A DNA stretch of 63,883 nt, filler included, from Welwitschia mirabilis (lineage: Eukaryota): NCBI GenBank assembly GCA_051453625.1. It is 6 parts of one record of this genome, joined end to end, with 100 filler letters (N's around TTAATTAATTAA, not from the genome) between each part and the next. Parts side by side here need not be neighbours in the genome. Positions count along the whole stretch, not along the records: positions 1 to 15,892 come from JBOZIK010000001.1; 5 more parts are not named here. One strand, given 5' to 3'. Shown here piece by piece: positions 1 through 14,700 of the stretch; position 1 is the stretch's first letter, and each line of letters opens with the position of its first letter. The translations under genes were made by a program, and so were the position numbers. The notes under the pieces are model-generated. The model was not told the origin of the DNA, made no database searches, and saw only the letters and a program-made list of their open reading frames with translations.

Positions 1-3000
1 TAAAATATTCAAATATCTACAAACTTCATTTAAAGAAGATGCATTGGATTTTTGTGTTTTCTCTTGATGGTGTGAGTCTTTGGTTACTAGGGGTGTTTTT
101 TCCCCCATTATCTTTCATCTCATTCCTTCACCATTATCTTTGTGAGTGTATGGTTATGTGGGATTTATTTTGAAGAAGTATGTAAAAAGGGAGGGAAAAA
201 GAAAATAAATAAAGAAAAGAAGAGAATAATAACCATGATCTATTATTTCTATGCTAAATACATGGTCATCATGATGTCCTACCATATCAAGATAAATTCT
301 TCTAAGAGAGATTTTTGGTAGTATTGGTAGCTATGGAAACTTCACTGAAGGGTTAGTTGATCATGATTCATGGGTTCCTACTTCTATGACTCTAGTTGCA
401 CTCCTCTTATCATGGTTTAAAGTAAAATACTTTAAGCTTATGTGATTATTAGAATTCTTGATGTTATCAAAGGCATTATTTTTTTCCTAGACTCATTGTG
501 GTTATAGTATTTCCACATGATCATTTCGTGTTTAAGGATTTAGGTGTGTTTTGGCGTGTTACTAAGTGAGTTGATTTCTAATAGATTTTGATCTTATCAT
601 TCGTTATTTTAAAACATTAGTTACTTAGCANNNNNNNNNNNNNNNNNNNNNNNNNNNNNNNNNNNNNNNNNNNNNNNNNNNNNNNNNTCCTTCATCAAGT
701 TATTTTATGATTTCTTTTATAAGGGTTTGGTAGGTTTGAATTTAGAGTAGGTACATAATATTCTTCATGTCCCTAAGTTCTCCATTTTTATTTTATTTTT
801 CTTAGTTGTTTTCTTGGATATTTCAAAGTCATTTCCATACTTTCTCATCATAAATGCTTAGGACTTAATCATTTAGTATTTTTCTAGTTAATTTTTATTT
901 CCATTTATAATTTTANNNNNNNNNNNNNNNNNNNNNNNNNNNNNNNNNNNNNNNNNNNNNNNNNNNNNNNNNNNNNNNNNNNNNNNNNNNNNNNNNNNNN
1001 NNNNNNNNNNNNNNNTGAGGGAAACCGTCCATCCCTTTCGTCTAGATGACAGTCCAAGACGATAGTCAGTAATAGTAAATTAATAATTAAAAATAAGGAT
1101 TACAATTAAGAATTAACAGAATTATTCAACAAAGAAGAAGAAGAGTTAACTTAAGAAATATCAGAAAATCTTTCATCACATAATGAGAACTTTTCTTTCT
1201 ATAATCTTTTTAATGATCTTTTTAATGAATCCACTTACTTAGAAAATAAAAATAATCCTCAACAAAATAATAATTAGTTCAGTAAAGAAGAGTAAAGTAT
1301 AGTCAATGATATTAATAAAGACAATGAAGAAAAGGGAAATATTACCAAAGAACATAATGAAGAAAGTAAAGAGAGAATTCAACAAAGTAATGATGAAATC
1401 AACAATTAGGAGAAGAGAAATAAAAAAGAATCAATTAAAAATTAAATAAACTTAATGGAGAATAGACTTATACTTTCCAATGAAATAAACTAACTTAAAG
1501 ATTTTACTCATGTTTCTCCATTTCTTTTACTTGTACTTCCATGCAAAACCTTAAATGACATCCCTCCTTCTACTTGTACTTCCACATTATATTGTAATCT
1601 TGAAAATGATAATCTTTCTCCCTCTCTCCTCTTTGAACATTCAAGTAACTCTCTAAATCACATCCTTCTCCTTAAGTTTAATGAAACACATCACCTTGAG
1701 GAGTCTACTCCAAAAATCTCTCAATCTTTTTCTTTTAAAACTTCATGTGCTACAAAAAGTAACATCTTTTCCTCTTTTACAAAGTTAACTCTATCTTATG
1801 TTTTTAATGATTACTCTTTTCAAAAGTAAGACTTGGAATATTTTGGAACTCTAAATTAGGTTAAACCTTATCTCCTTGATTCAAATACATGCTTAGAATT
1901 AAATGTTAAGAAGCTTATTAAGTATGTTAAACCTGTCTTACTCACTCATCCTAAGAAGTTTCTTTCAAATCCCTTGCTTTCAAATAATGCTATTAATGTC
2001 TCCCATGTTTAATACCAAGCTTTGAATGAAATATATGTTTCAAATCATTTACATTATGAGTTTGACAAGAGATTGTTTTTCCATGACTTATATGAATTTT
2101 TTATCTCTTATATTGCTGCTAAATCTCATGGAGACAAAATGTCATATGGTTATGCTAATCAAAAAAAATCTTATTTCCTTATTGAAAATCCATATTTTGA
2201 GTTGAATGATAGAAAGCTTCTTAATCTTACTAGACATTCTAAAGAGCCCTTAAAAACTTCTTGGATGCTTTCTTTGAATACTTTCTTGCATGCATTATAT
2301 GATGATATTCATGATTTACATCATTTTAATAATAGATCGTTCTTCAATGAGATTTATCACTTCTTTATCTCTTATTTAAAATCTAAAATTTGTGCTATTA
2401 AAGTTTTATCCTTCTATTGTTTTTACCTCTAATTGATTTTATTGAAAAGTGATTGTATACCTTTTATGTTTTATCAATTGGTAAATATTTGGTTTGATCC
2501 TTATTTTTCTGAAAGAATGCGATATCCTAGAACCATAGCCTTAAGCATAAATCTTTATTTTTCTTTCTTTTTAATAAAAGTGTTAAACAAATTCTAGAAG
2601 TTAAATAAAATTTGTTTTTTAGTTTGCTTTGGTATTTCCTTTTTTCTCTTATGTTTTTTTCTATTCTTTTATCTTTGGTTTTTATTCTAAGCAATAAATT
2701 AATCTCTAGATGGGTAGGTCCTTAATCTTTTAGCGAAAGTATATTTTTAGTGGCTTAGTTGAGATTTATGATTTAACATTAGGAAAATCCAAAAAAAATG
2801 GACAAAGTTTACAAATTCATGAATTGTTAAAAGACCTTGAACATGATAGAAGCAATTGTTTTGAAAGTCATCCTGTCATTATCTAAATTCTTTCTTAGCT
2901 TATTCTTTTGATGGACGCATGCTATCAATTGAACATATTTTAAACTTGACTTATGTTTTACTTTATGAAGTTACTATGACTTGTAATTTTCACTTGGGCA

Positions 3001-3946
3001 TTAAAGTGATAAGATTAGATTCATTCAATCTTAAGACATTCAAATGTCTATGAACTTCATTTGAAGGAAGATGCTTTAGTTTTTTGTGTTTTCTTTTAAT
3101 GTGTTAGTCTTCGGTTATTGGGGGTGTTCTTTCTTATCTTTCATCTCATTTCTTCACCTTCATCTTTACGAGTGTATGGTCATGTGGGATTTATTTTGAA
3201 GGAAGAAACAAGAAAAGAAAATAAAAGGAAAAAAAGAAAACAATGAAAGAAAAAAATAATGACCATGACTTATTATTTCTATGCTAAATACATGGTCACC
3301 ATGATGTCCTACCATGCCAGGGTAAATTTTCCTAAGAGGGATCTTTGGCAAAGTTGGTAGCTATGGGGACTCCACTAGGAGTCAGTTAGCCATGCTTCAC
3401 GAGTCCCTATTTCTCTGACTGTGGTTGCACTTCCCTCATCATGGATTAAAATAAAATGCTTTGAGGCTACAAGATTAGTGATGTTCCCGATGTCATCAGA
3501 GGTATTGCTTGTTTCCTAGGCTTATTATGCTTATAGTATTCCCACACAGTTATTTAACTTTTAAGGATTTAGGTGTGTTTTTGGGTGTTAGCAGGTGAGT
3601 TCATTTCCAGTAGCTTTTAATCTTATCAATCATTGTTTCAAAACATTAGTTACTTAGCATCATCATGATCATTACCTTTTCAAGTGGTACTTTATGAAGA
3701 TTTTACGTTATGTTATGTATCCTTCATCAGGTGATTTTATGATTTCTTCCATAAGGGTTTGTAGGTTTGAATTTAAGGTAGGTACACAATCTTCCTCATG
3801 TTCCCAAGTTGTCCATTTCCGTTTTATTCTGCTTAGTTGTTTTCTTAGGTATTTTAAAGTCATTTCTGTACCTTTTCATCACAAATGCTTAGGATTTAAT
3901 CATTTAAAAGTTTTCTAGTTAATTTTTATTTTTCATTTGTAATTTT
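1..3946 (+). repeat. Diverged ~0.9-kb direct repeat (1-916 vs ~3031-3946) inside a decayed retroelement region
   Basis: The two blocks align by eye at an offset of ~3030 (e.g. atgctaaatacatggtca.catgatgtccctacc in both). Confidence 0.85.
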
Positions 3947-5228
3947 TCTTTCTAGAAGGTAATTTTATTTTTGCAAATAAATTTTCTTTAGTTTATGATA
4001 TTAATCTTTCCCATCTTTTTAAGTATTAGTTATTTAATTTTCTTTTTGAGTTTTGATGTATGCAATATTATTTTTCAATAATTGTGATTTCATGGCATAT
4101 TTATCTTCCTTATCTTGGTGCATTTATCTCCTTTTCAGGCCTTGATTTATAATGATTCTTAACTATTTCCCGTCTTTCAGACTCTCTCAAACCTACCTTT
4201 CTGAAACCTACTTAATGCTATCTAAGCTTAACAAATTCTGTTGCTGATTCTAATTTTTTTGATCTTTTCCTCGATGTTATCTAGATGATAAGGTGGATGA
4301 CACACTAATATTTTTGAATAATCAACATTTATTTTTTTAAGAGTAAATCTAACCCTTCTTTTCATGCATAGAATATTGTTCCTAGCTTACCTGTATTGCT
4401 TACTTATACCTAAACTTGCATATTAATCTTTTTAATCTTAATTTAATGTAATACGGGATGTATTGAATCATCTTTTGTGGGTTTGAGATATTTTGAGAAA
4501 ATTTTAAATTTTTGTGGGTTATTTCTACATTTTCATGAGATATATCTGTAATGTACTAATCTACTTTAAATGCCTACTATTTGAGTGATATGCATTATGA
4601 ATATTATTTAGTAAAATATGTACTTAACAGTAGAATATTTGTAGTTTATTTTCCTTGCAAGAATAATACAAGTAATTTATAAGACATGGATGAAAGAAAT
4701 AATATTATGATTAATTATTTTTGATATATTTCCCTTATAGATTGTACTTATAAATTCAGTGTTTGATCTATGAATATCATTTTTGAGTTAATACTTGTTC
4801 TGATAATACATGCACAGTCTTTATCTAAGTTATTATGGTCATACCTTATGATGATTATGTTTGTTATGACATCCAATTTCTATTTTTTCCATGTGTTAAA
4901 TGCTTCAAGTGGAGGGATAATGCATAAGTAAGTGTTTTGATCTTATTTTTGACGAGCATGATTACAAGTAATTAATTTTACACATTGATTTTTAAGTGCT
5001 TATCATCCCTATAATCATCAAGACAACACTCTAGACAACACCATGGCCATTTCATCTCCTAAGGTAAAACATTTTAATTTATTTAATTTTGTGATTTACT
5101 CTTACATACTAAGATTTATGAACTTGATTTACATATCCCTAAACAATGTTTTATCTTAGTCAATATGGTTCACAATTATAGTCGTTCACCAACTTCATTA
5201 AGGACTCACAAGGCTAAGTGGGGGGCTA

Positions 5229-6445
5229 TGTTGCAATAACAAATTGTATGTTTTTGATGGGGTATTTTGAGTAGTTTTGCAAGATGTCTAGATAGGTTTA
5301 AGCGCAAAATGATGATTATTGAGAGTCAAGTAGAAAATCACGGAAATTCACAAATACCAATACTTTTGAAGGCATTTCCGCTTATTTCTGATACTTTACA
5401 TTTTGATGAGGAATTAATGAGCTTTAATGCCAATTTAACTTAATAAAGAGTTTCAAGAAGGTTATAGTCCCCTCCATCATCTGAACGAAATACAAGGACG
5501 ATGCCACTTGCATGATGACTAAGATGCTGATTAGACTGATATGAAGGATAAATATAGAACTTTGTTGATGTGGCATCATCCCTATCATCATCCAGACGAT
5601 AATCAGGACAATCATGTAATTTTAGCAAATGTACCAAACTCCATCAAACTTTTGCAATGTATCATGCGCTTTCTTGCATGGCTATAAGGGTTTTACCCAC
5701 GCCTGTTAGTCTTGTTTGTTTGTGAGTTTGTCTTTATTAATAAATATCAACTTGACCCTCGACTCCGATCATTTTCGTTTGCATCAAAAATTCTCGTGAT
5801 AGGAGATCAAAGAGTTAAGGTCCATCCAATAGTTACAGAGAGGGATCTTCCTTAGTGTTGGGTTGAGTTTCCTTCATTGAGGTGCTGCTGCTTGTTTTTG
5901 TAATAGGATGTTGGTTCAACTTTTAATGAAAATCTTCTTTTCATTTCATTCATATTTATATGCATCTCCCTTATGGTTTGTGTTGCTTCTGATTCCATGA
6001 TAGCTTCTTTAGTGATATAGATCCTGAAGGAAACTTTTGTTAAGGTTGAAATCATCAGTTTAGGATCTTGCATTACATTTTATATTTCATTGCATGTTTT
6101 CATATTTTATCTGATGCACTTGATAGCTCAGGTTGGTTTTGATTAGTGATAGTTTCATTGATTGATCTAGGTTATGTAGGGTTGGTCTTAGTAACAGAGA
6201 TTTGGTAGTCAGAGTAGTTTGCATTCACATTTGCATTGTGTGTTTACTTTTTTTGCATTATTGATTTTCATTTTTAAACCTTTATTTTGTAAAAAGCAAT
6301 TCTCTAGCTTTCAACCTAGTGCCTTCAACGGATTACGACATTTGGGTCCACTCCTATCTATATTAGTGTTTTTTTTATATGCATATATTTGTGATTAACA
6401 GGATTTAACTAAAAACATAACGTTGCATAAATATGCACCGCAACA
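5229..6445 (+). mobile_element. 3' LTR of a decayed Gypsy (Athila/Tat-like) element; internal region upstream
   Basis: PPT-like aagtggggggct immediately 5'; termini TGTTGC...GCAACA. Confidence 0.7.
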
Positions 6446-8478
6446 AGACCAGAAATGCTAAGAAGTTTATCTTCTAGAAATTTGAATATATTAAAATCTC
6501 CTTTAAAAATCTAAGAAAATTAGATGATTTAGAAACCAATTCCTTCTATAAAAGGCATTAATTGCTAGAGTAATTTGAAACATAAATGGAACTCTTTCAA
6601 AAAAAAAAAAAAAAACAAAAACAAAAAAAAGAGGTCAAAAGTAAAGGTAGCCCAAACTACTGTTATTGATAATCCTAATCATATGATTAAAGAGGTGTAT
6701 TTCACCTTGTATAAATAATGATATTACCACCTCCTCACCCTTGTAAATGAGAAGTAGAAATATGGAATTCATTTTAAATAAAAGATTTGTAGGTTAAGTT
6801 CATATTAGATGATGAATTTTTTTTTCCTTAAAGACGAATAAAATCAACAATTGAGTAAAGATATAGACCAGTGTATCTCTTATGAAGCCTATCTGTAAGG
6901 CCTCACACGTTCCATGAAAGAATTATCATAAAAAGGAGGAATGAGGTATACCTTCTTATTCTTTAACAAATTAATAGTTACACATGAATTAACATCCATA
7001 ATTAAAGATAATTAAGAAAAAGCATGTGAAGTAGGCATATAAACTAATACTGATGTTTCTAGAGGATGAACAAAAATTCCCCACTATTTGTGATCTTTTT
7101 TATGGTTATCATAAGAATCTCATTTTCTAGAGTCAACTAAAGTAAAACCTTTTGACTTAGTAATATGTTGTTTTGAAGGATTTGTAATAGCCTTCTCTAT
7201 AATTATTAGACACTTTTGACCTAAAGGATTTTATTGAATCTAAGCTAAAGGTTGATTATTGGAATTGTTGTCAAGGGATAGAGAAGAACCAAAGTAAAAT
7301 CTTGAGTTAGAGGCTTTAGACAATACCTTTTCTTGTGTTCCATTTCTTGTTCCTCTTCAAAAGTTAACAAGTATTAAAAATATAACCCTCATTGTGATAA
7401 TAATTATAGAAATTCAAACGATTGAAATATACCATCAATTGGTAGAAGATGAGGTAGCAATAAGTGTAGGAATTTAGGAAACTAAAATATAAGAATCTAC
7501 CACCAGCCTTTAGAGTAAGGAAATTATTTTGAGTTCTTAGACGTACCTCAATAAGAAGTTATCTAAAGACACCTCCAGTAAAAACTTTATTGTTAGAATG
7601 AAGAGAACTACCAATACAACCAATAATTTCCTATTTTAGAGGTTGAAAAATCCGAGGTTAATTTGGAAGTTCAACTGTGCAAGGAACAATATAATGCATA
7701 GGAATATTAAGCTCAAAATCATGTTTCCCTTTCCAAATGGTAAGAATAACATGTTTGTGCAAAAAGAACAAAGGTTAATCACTTCCTCTATCATGGAATT
7801 ATTTTATAATAATTCNNNNNNNNNNACCAAAACATACTTAATGTGCATTATAGAAAGCATATAGCCCAAAACTTAGAGGAATATGTCTCACAAGGAGAAA
7901 TCTTACTAATATCTATGAAGTAAACTATTAGGCAAAATAAAATCAACTAATGAGGTACTTTCAGTGCCCGACTTAATAGAGGAAACCTATTTCTTCACAG
8001 ATCTAGTAATAGGGTTTATTTTCAAATGATTTTTGCACTATCTTGTAAGATCGTTGCTTCCAAAATTGGAGCATGTATTTTGAATGCATGGGTAAAATCA
8101 AAATCACTCATAAAAAAGCAAATCTAAAAAATAAATCAACTTTAAGTAAAATAGAGATGGACATAAAAAAACCCTTTCCCTTTGCTCGCTTCTCTAAAAC
8201 CAAGTTTAAAACTATTATTACATCTCATTTGATGGAAAAGATTTGGGACACTTAAGTTACATGACATTGGAGTTAGAAAGGAGCTACCCACGGTACATAT
8301 AATAATAGGAAGAATAAAGCAAGCTAGTTTAAAACTTAAACGGTAAACGAGCCCACACAGACGCCAAAGGCTCATCCAAATTACAGTACTAATATTCAAG
8401 CCTGAAAACTGGATAACTTCCTTGTATATGCATCAAGGGCGCAAAAAGACCTCTTGCAGAAGCCCCTTGTACATTCTC

Positions 8479-8787
8479 ATGGCGACCTTGGGACGTTTCA
8501 GCTGTACGCCAATCCGAAGTTCACATTCAACCCCTGTTGTAAGCAGAACACCTCATTCGAATCATTTATATAAGCAAATCCATTACAAGCGAAGACTTAC
8601 TTGTGCAGCGGAGAAGGCAAGCTTCTTCACAAGGCTCGGCAGAGTCATCAAGGAAAAGGCAAAGAGTGACGTCGAGAAGATCTTCTCGGGGTTTTCCAAA
8701 ACGAGGGATAGATTGGCTGTAGTGGACGAGCTTCTCACTTACTGGAATCTCGCTGAAACTGATCAGGTCCTAGATGAATTAGAAGAG
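8479..8787 (+). CDS. cpFtsY: cpFtsY exon 1
   Basis: MATLGRFSCTPIR...LDELEE, then donor GTATGC at 8788. Confidence 0.92.
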
Positions 8788-11700
8788 GTATGCATGTTTT
8801 GCTTAGTGATTACCTAGTTTTTAAATTCCCTCGAGTTCTATTACAGTGAATAATTTGTACTTTGTCTAGCATGGGATTCCAATTTCATTGCAGAACTCAA
8901 GGCAGTCAATTGCGATAGATATGGAATGAACTTGTTCATTTCAAGCCAAAAGGCATTTTTGCAGTGCAACTGAAAGTACAATATGCAAAACCCCTTCCGT
9001 ATAGACAAGGATAGGATGATATTTGACGATGTTGTGACAGATGTGAACAGTTGCTTTCTGAATCTACATGATATATCGCAATTTTAATGATCGATTTGCT
9101 TAGTCATTTTGATCAAGTCAAGAATTAGTTATCGGTTATAAAACATAATGCAGCGACTTTATTTCTTGGGAATCTAGTTCTTGATGTGTGAACTCTTTGT
9201 CTGGTTTAGGCATTGCTTGTCTCAGATTTTGGCCCCAAAACTGCAAGTGCCATAGTAGAATCTTTGAGGAGTCAAATTTTATCTGGAAAGCTTAAATCTG
9301 GAGAAGATATCAAGGTAACTATTGTGCGGTGTTTCATGTGTGATTGCTGGTCGAATATATGTCTGATCCCACACTTTTTCCAGGTTGCATTGAAGAAGAA
9401 AGTGATTGGATTATTGACCCAAAAAGTTAAAAGTACAGAGCTTCAGTTTGGATATAAGTATGGTTTCTTTGTAATTTGAAATTTAACGTGTACAATCTAT
9501 TGGATCTTTAGGGCTTTTAATCTCTAATGTTCTGCAATTTTGTTCTTCCCTGTCTTTAGACGGCCAACTGTGATCATGGTTGTTGGTGTCAATGGAGGAG
9601 GGAAGACTACATCTATAGGTACTTAGCTCAGTATCTTTTCTTGATGTAATCTTGTAAACACTGAAATTTTTGGGACAAAATAATTTGTATTGATTGTGCT
9701 ACTGCATCAGTTTTTAGGAAGTTTGCACATAACTACATTCTTGGTTGCTCTTGACTTTGTTATTCCAAAACTGAAATTGGTTAACATGATCACTGATTCC
9801 TTTTTCCTTTTTACTTGTAGGAAAACTTGCTTATCGTCTCAAAAAAGAGGGAGTCAAGGTGCCATTTTTTAATACAACCCTTAGGTTACAGGCCATAAGG
9901 CCTTTGTCATTACTTTGTTTTGTGTTGCTATGCATAATATTTGATCTGATCTTATATATAAAAAGTCCTCAATTGTTCCTTGAGCATTAAACTCAAACTT
10001 GCTTGGGACAAAGTTTTGCAATTCCTGTATGAAATATTTTTAATCTCATTGTTGCTTGTAACTTGAAAATTTGCATTCATCCTTGGTGTATATCTTTGTG
10101 AATAATTGAATACAATACTCCTTCAACAATAGTCTTCACTCCCATTGAGAGAATGATGTTAGGGTTGATTATCATGGCACCCAGACACAAAACTTCCAGC
10201 CTGAGTTGAGATGTCTTAAGACCGAAAAGTAAAAGTGTACAAAATTCAGAATGTGGCAGAATAACAACGAGGCACAGTTTTTGAAAAGATAAGAAGACTT
10301 GATATTTAAATGGATTATTTAATATGGTGGTCTTTTCTCATACAAGGTTCTGTGGGCTCATGCTGCTTTCCAGTCTATTTCAATACAAATTTGCTTTTTC
10401 CATAGGGAACTTTTGAGACATGTCAAGGATCAATACCGTTTCTTTTTCCCTGTAGACCTTCTTTTCCAAGAATTATAGAAAGATTTGCAGGTGAACCACT
10501 TTGTAAGGGAAACAGAGTTTTGTTAAACAATATACAAAAGCAGTGGTTCTTCTAAAATTCTTTCATTAGCTTTTAATTGTTGGAACTTACTAAATAAATG
10601 TTTTTGACTGTACTATCTGTCAGTTGTTATATAGACTTCTAGAGCTTATGCTAGCTTTTCTTTTGCTACAAGGTTCTACTGGCAGCTGGTGATACATTTC
10701 GAGCAGCGGCAAAAGATCAGCTTGAAGTATGGGCGAAAAGGACTGATTCTGATATTGTCATAGGTGAAGGGCAAAGGCCCAAACCTTCTTCAGGTACATG
10801 TTGCTCAATGTATGAATCGTCTCATGTGACAATTTGCTTGATAACCATCATAGCTTTTGCCGTTTATAGATTCATTTGCATCCTTAATGCTTTTGTATTT
10901 CAGTTTTGTCACAGACTGTACAAAAGGCAAAGAAAGAAAACTATGATGTGGTACTCTGTGATACCTCTGGCCGTAAGTATAGAACTTTACCTAAAATTGT
11001 GTGCCAATACTAGAATGTATTCAGCTGGCATGTTTGAGCTGAATCAGTGTTTCTACGGCAGGTCTTCACACTGATTTTGAGCTGATGGACCAACTTGTCG
11101 CATGCAAAAAGGCTATTAATAAAGTCTTATCAACTGCTCCAAATGTGAGTTCTTGAAACATAGTCTGATCAAAATCAAGATTTATTTGAAGAGCCCTTCT
11201 TTGAATCAAGGAATACTTAAAATGTCTTTTGTAATGTTATTGGTTTGCACTGCAAATTGTTTCCTACCTTACATTATGGCTCTGCATGTTTTAAAGGATG
11301 GGTCATAGATCAAGTGTTGATATCATAGTTTTAAAGTGTGGATCAAGGCCAGAATTGAGTTTCTGTTTTGAAATGTAAAATTGTGGAATCCCTAGGGAGT
11401 TATTAAAAAAAAGAAAAAAAAGAGAGAAAATGCATTCTTTTAAAAAGACTTTTTTTCCCAGATAATGATATTTTGATGTTTATTAGGCTGAAAAACACCA
11501 TAATAATGACAGTATGTTATACAATAACCAAATGTACACAATTAGACATAAAACACACCCATTTTCATAACATAACCGAATACTAATGGTCCACACATAT
11601 AGAAGCAAAAATCCACCAAGGCCAAACCCAAATATCCAATAATAATAATGTCACAAAATAAATCTGGAACATCATAAAAGTCAGACACAAAAAAGTCAAG

Positions 11701-14700
11701 AACATAGAAAGATCAATATGCTCTTCATCAAGGTTGAAGCCTGGCTTTCTGAATAAGCTTAGCTTCCTGCTCCACTGTAAGCTCCTCATCACTATACCCT
11801 CTGCATCAATGGATCTCTCAAGAATATTAATGTCTTCAGCTGTAAGAACAGCCTGCAGTCTGCTTCTAGCACTCCTGACGGCAGAAATAGAACGTCTGGG
11901 ATGGGCCAAGCTGCTACTAGAAATATTTATATTACTTTCCCTTTCCTCTGTCTCTGGATGCTAATTAGTGATCCAATCTATCATGCCACTAATCCTAGTC
12001 TTATCGTCAACCATGTCTAACAATGCATGTAGGTCCATTTTTTCATTGTCATCTAGATATAGGACCCTGAATCTGATCTTCAAATTATAGAAAACACATA
12101 CTGACTTATCTAATGTTTCCATTGTCAACTTTGTACACTTATTTTTGCATGTATGTGCTCAAATGCACTCCAATTTTGTTCACAAACAGAAGCACTACAA
12201 TGTTGACTAAACTTTTAAGAGCCTAGACTTGTAACTCACTAACTCAGGTGTGTTATGGCCCCATGAATCCCACCATTAAGCTTAAAAAAAAAAAAAAAAA
12301 CATACACCAAAAGTAAAATTAAAGTTTAGAAAATGAAAAGTACAAACAATGTAAAGATATAAACAAGACTAGGCCACTGGAGTATGAAAAAATTGTGGTG
12401 TACTTACACATACAATGCTAATTGGTCTATGTGCCAGTGAATTGCCAAATAAAGGACTATCTCCCATCACAAATTGCTGGAGCTGTGAAAGAACAATCTC
12501 CTGCTTTTCTAATTCTGGAAGCAATTTCTCTAGTGCTTCAATTGAACTTCAGCATGAGGCTCATATTGAACACTTTCCTTTGCATAAAGAAATTTGGGAT
12601 TTAAATGATGGGCAGCTGCGTGCAAAGGTGTATGAAATTGTGCATTCCAGTTTTTATCAACAATGTCTCATATAGCTTTTTTTTTTTTTTTTTGTCTTCA
12701 TCATTTCTATAAAAGGATGAAGAGACCTCTTCTGCCATGTCCATTGTTTCATAAATTTTGCTCACGGGGCATTTATAATCATCAAGTATACGGAGAAATG
12801 GACAAATGGCTCCACAACCTAGAAGGAAAAGGTCCAAAGAGTGAAACATTATTTGGCTCTTTGCTGTTTGTACTTTGTTGTTTGTTGTTTGTCAAAGAGG
12901 AAACAAAAAGGAACATTGAAAATTTGAAATTATCAAATTTAGTTACCAAATGAAAGATTAAAAAAAAAGCCAAAAACAATTAGAAGGCAGCTTTAAAATA
13001 ATATGTGTTATGTGAACTAATGTTCCCTCTTTGCGCAAAAACCGTTTCTATAAATAAGGATTGAAACACAAATGCCATCTTAAGAAGACTGATATTGATG
13101 AGAGTCACCTGAATATTGCCATTTATCACTGCCAAAGGCTTACATCAAATGTAAGTGATGACTCTCCATGCCTTTCAATGTCAGAAGATGTGCAACTCTT
13201 GTAATAGGGCATGTAATATGGTCTTTGCCTCTGGTGTGCTTCTCACACAAGGCTCAAAACAATAGTATGAGTGTGACATGCCTCTCAATGGCCTCCATAA
13301 GAAATAAAAGAGAAGCATTCAGATTCAAGTTCCAAACATCAAGTAATCTCAAACCTGTAATCATTAATCACCTAAGATTTATGACATCCTCATTAATGAA
13401 GTCGATCTTTGAGAGATCCTCCAACATCAAATCTAAATCATGGGCAGCACACGGAGTCCAATAAATGCTGCTACACCTCTTCATCAATACGTTTCCTCCT
13501 TTACCTAATTTGTGGTTTTACCAGTCATAAATTGGACAACTGATTTTGGCCCAACAATGCCTAAAATTTCTTCGAACAATTTCACCAAGAACTCATCATT
13601 CTACACATTGTTGGATGCATCAACAGATTTAGTGAATAAAGTTCTTGTGTATGGCAAAACTAGAAAGTTTATGAGTGTTCTACCCCTAAAGGTAGTCCGC
13701 TCATTGGCCATAATGGAATATTCAAACCTTTCCATGTTTGCTACACAAACATAAAGCATGGGGGAAAACGAAAAGAGAACTTTGAAATTTGAAGTTGACA
13801 AAGCATTTAAGTGAGACATATAGAAAAACTAAAAATAGAAAAACATCAAAAAATACAAGCAAATCATTACCTTCCACACCTCAACAATCTTGTCAATTTC
13901 CTTAACTGTGACAACTAGCAATGAGCCTTGTAATTGTGTAGGAGAAGAGGCTTTAAAACTAGTGCCACCTTTAATAGTTGCATCAAACAGTTTCTAGAAT
14001 AGTAGACTACTTGCAGCGTTAAACAGAATTGCACAAGCATAAAAGCCCAGCTGCCACAACTTTCCAAGCCCTTTCATGGATGTCTTTTACAGACATACTC
14101 ATACTCACAAGTGTTGGTTGTGACCTGCTAAAGTACAAGGAGGAAAGGCCTCAATACCTGCTTCAATGTTAAAAAGACCTTGAGTGCCTTCCCCTTAGGT
14201 CTAGCTTGTTTCAAAGTTGTATTGCAATGTTGAGTTCTACTTGCCCAACATGTAGAAACATTGATATTTGGGGTTGTGGAACCTGTTGGGATATTTAAGT
14301 ATATGTAATGCCAACATGTTTATGTTGGAAAAATTTGAAATAGATAAGAGGTATGCAAAACCAGAAAAAGGAGAGATGAACATTAGGGAAGGTTGAGTCA
14401 AAGATATGATAAGAATAGATCCATAAAAGATGGATCTNNNNNNNNNNNNNNNNNNNNNNNNNNNNNNNNNNNNNNNNNNNNNNNNNNNNNNNNNNNNNNN
14501 NNNNNNNNNNNNNNNNNNNNNNNNNNNNNNNNNNNNNATGAGAGAATTGTGAAGTAACTTGTTACAAAATCATGTATAAATTTGATTCAAAAGCTAATGA
14601 GATATGCCCAGCCGTTGTCCCTGGCATGGCCAGGGGCCGGGGCCTCCATATGTGATGAATCAGATTTGTTATTTTTTATGCATGGTATTTTCTCAATGTT

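Noticed and set aside
2022-2432. 136-aa ORF as a gene
   Set aside because: It lies in the decayed internal region of an LTR element with stop-riddled flanks; no family was recognised.
11583-11909. Independent small membrane-protein gene nested in the cpFtsY intron
   Set aside because: It continues the hAT transposase C-terminal region; the hydrophobic tail is T-rich read-through.
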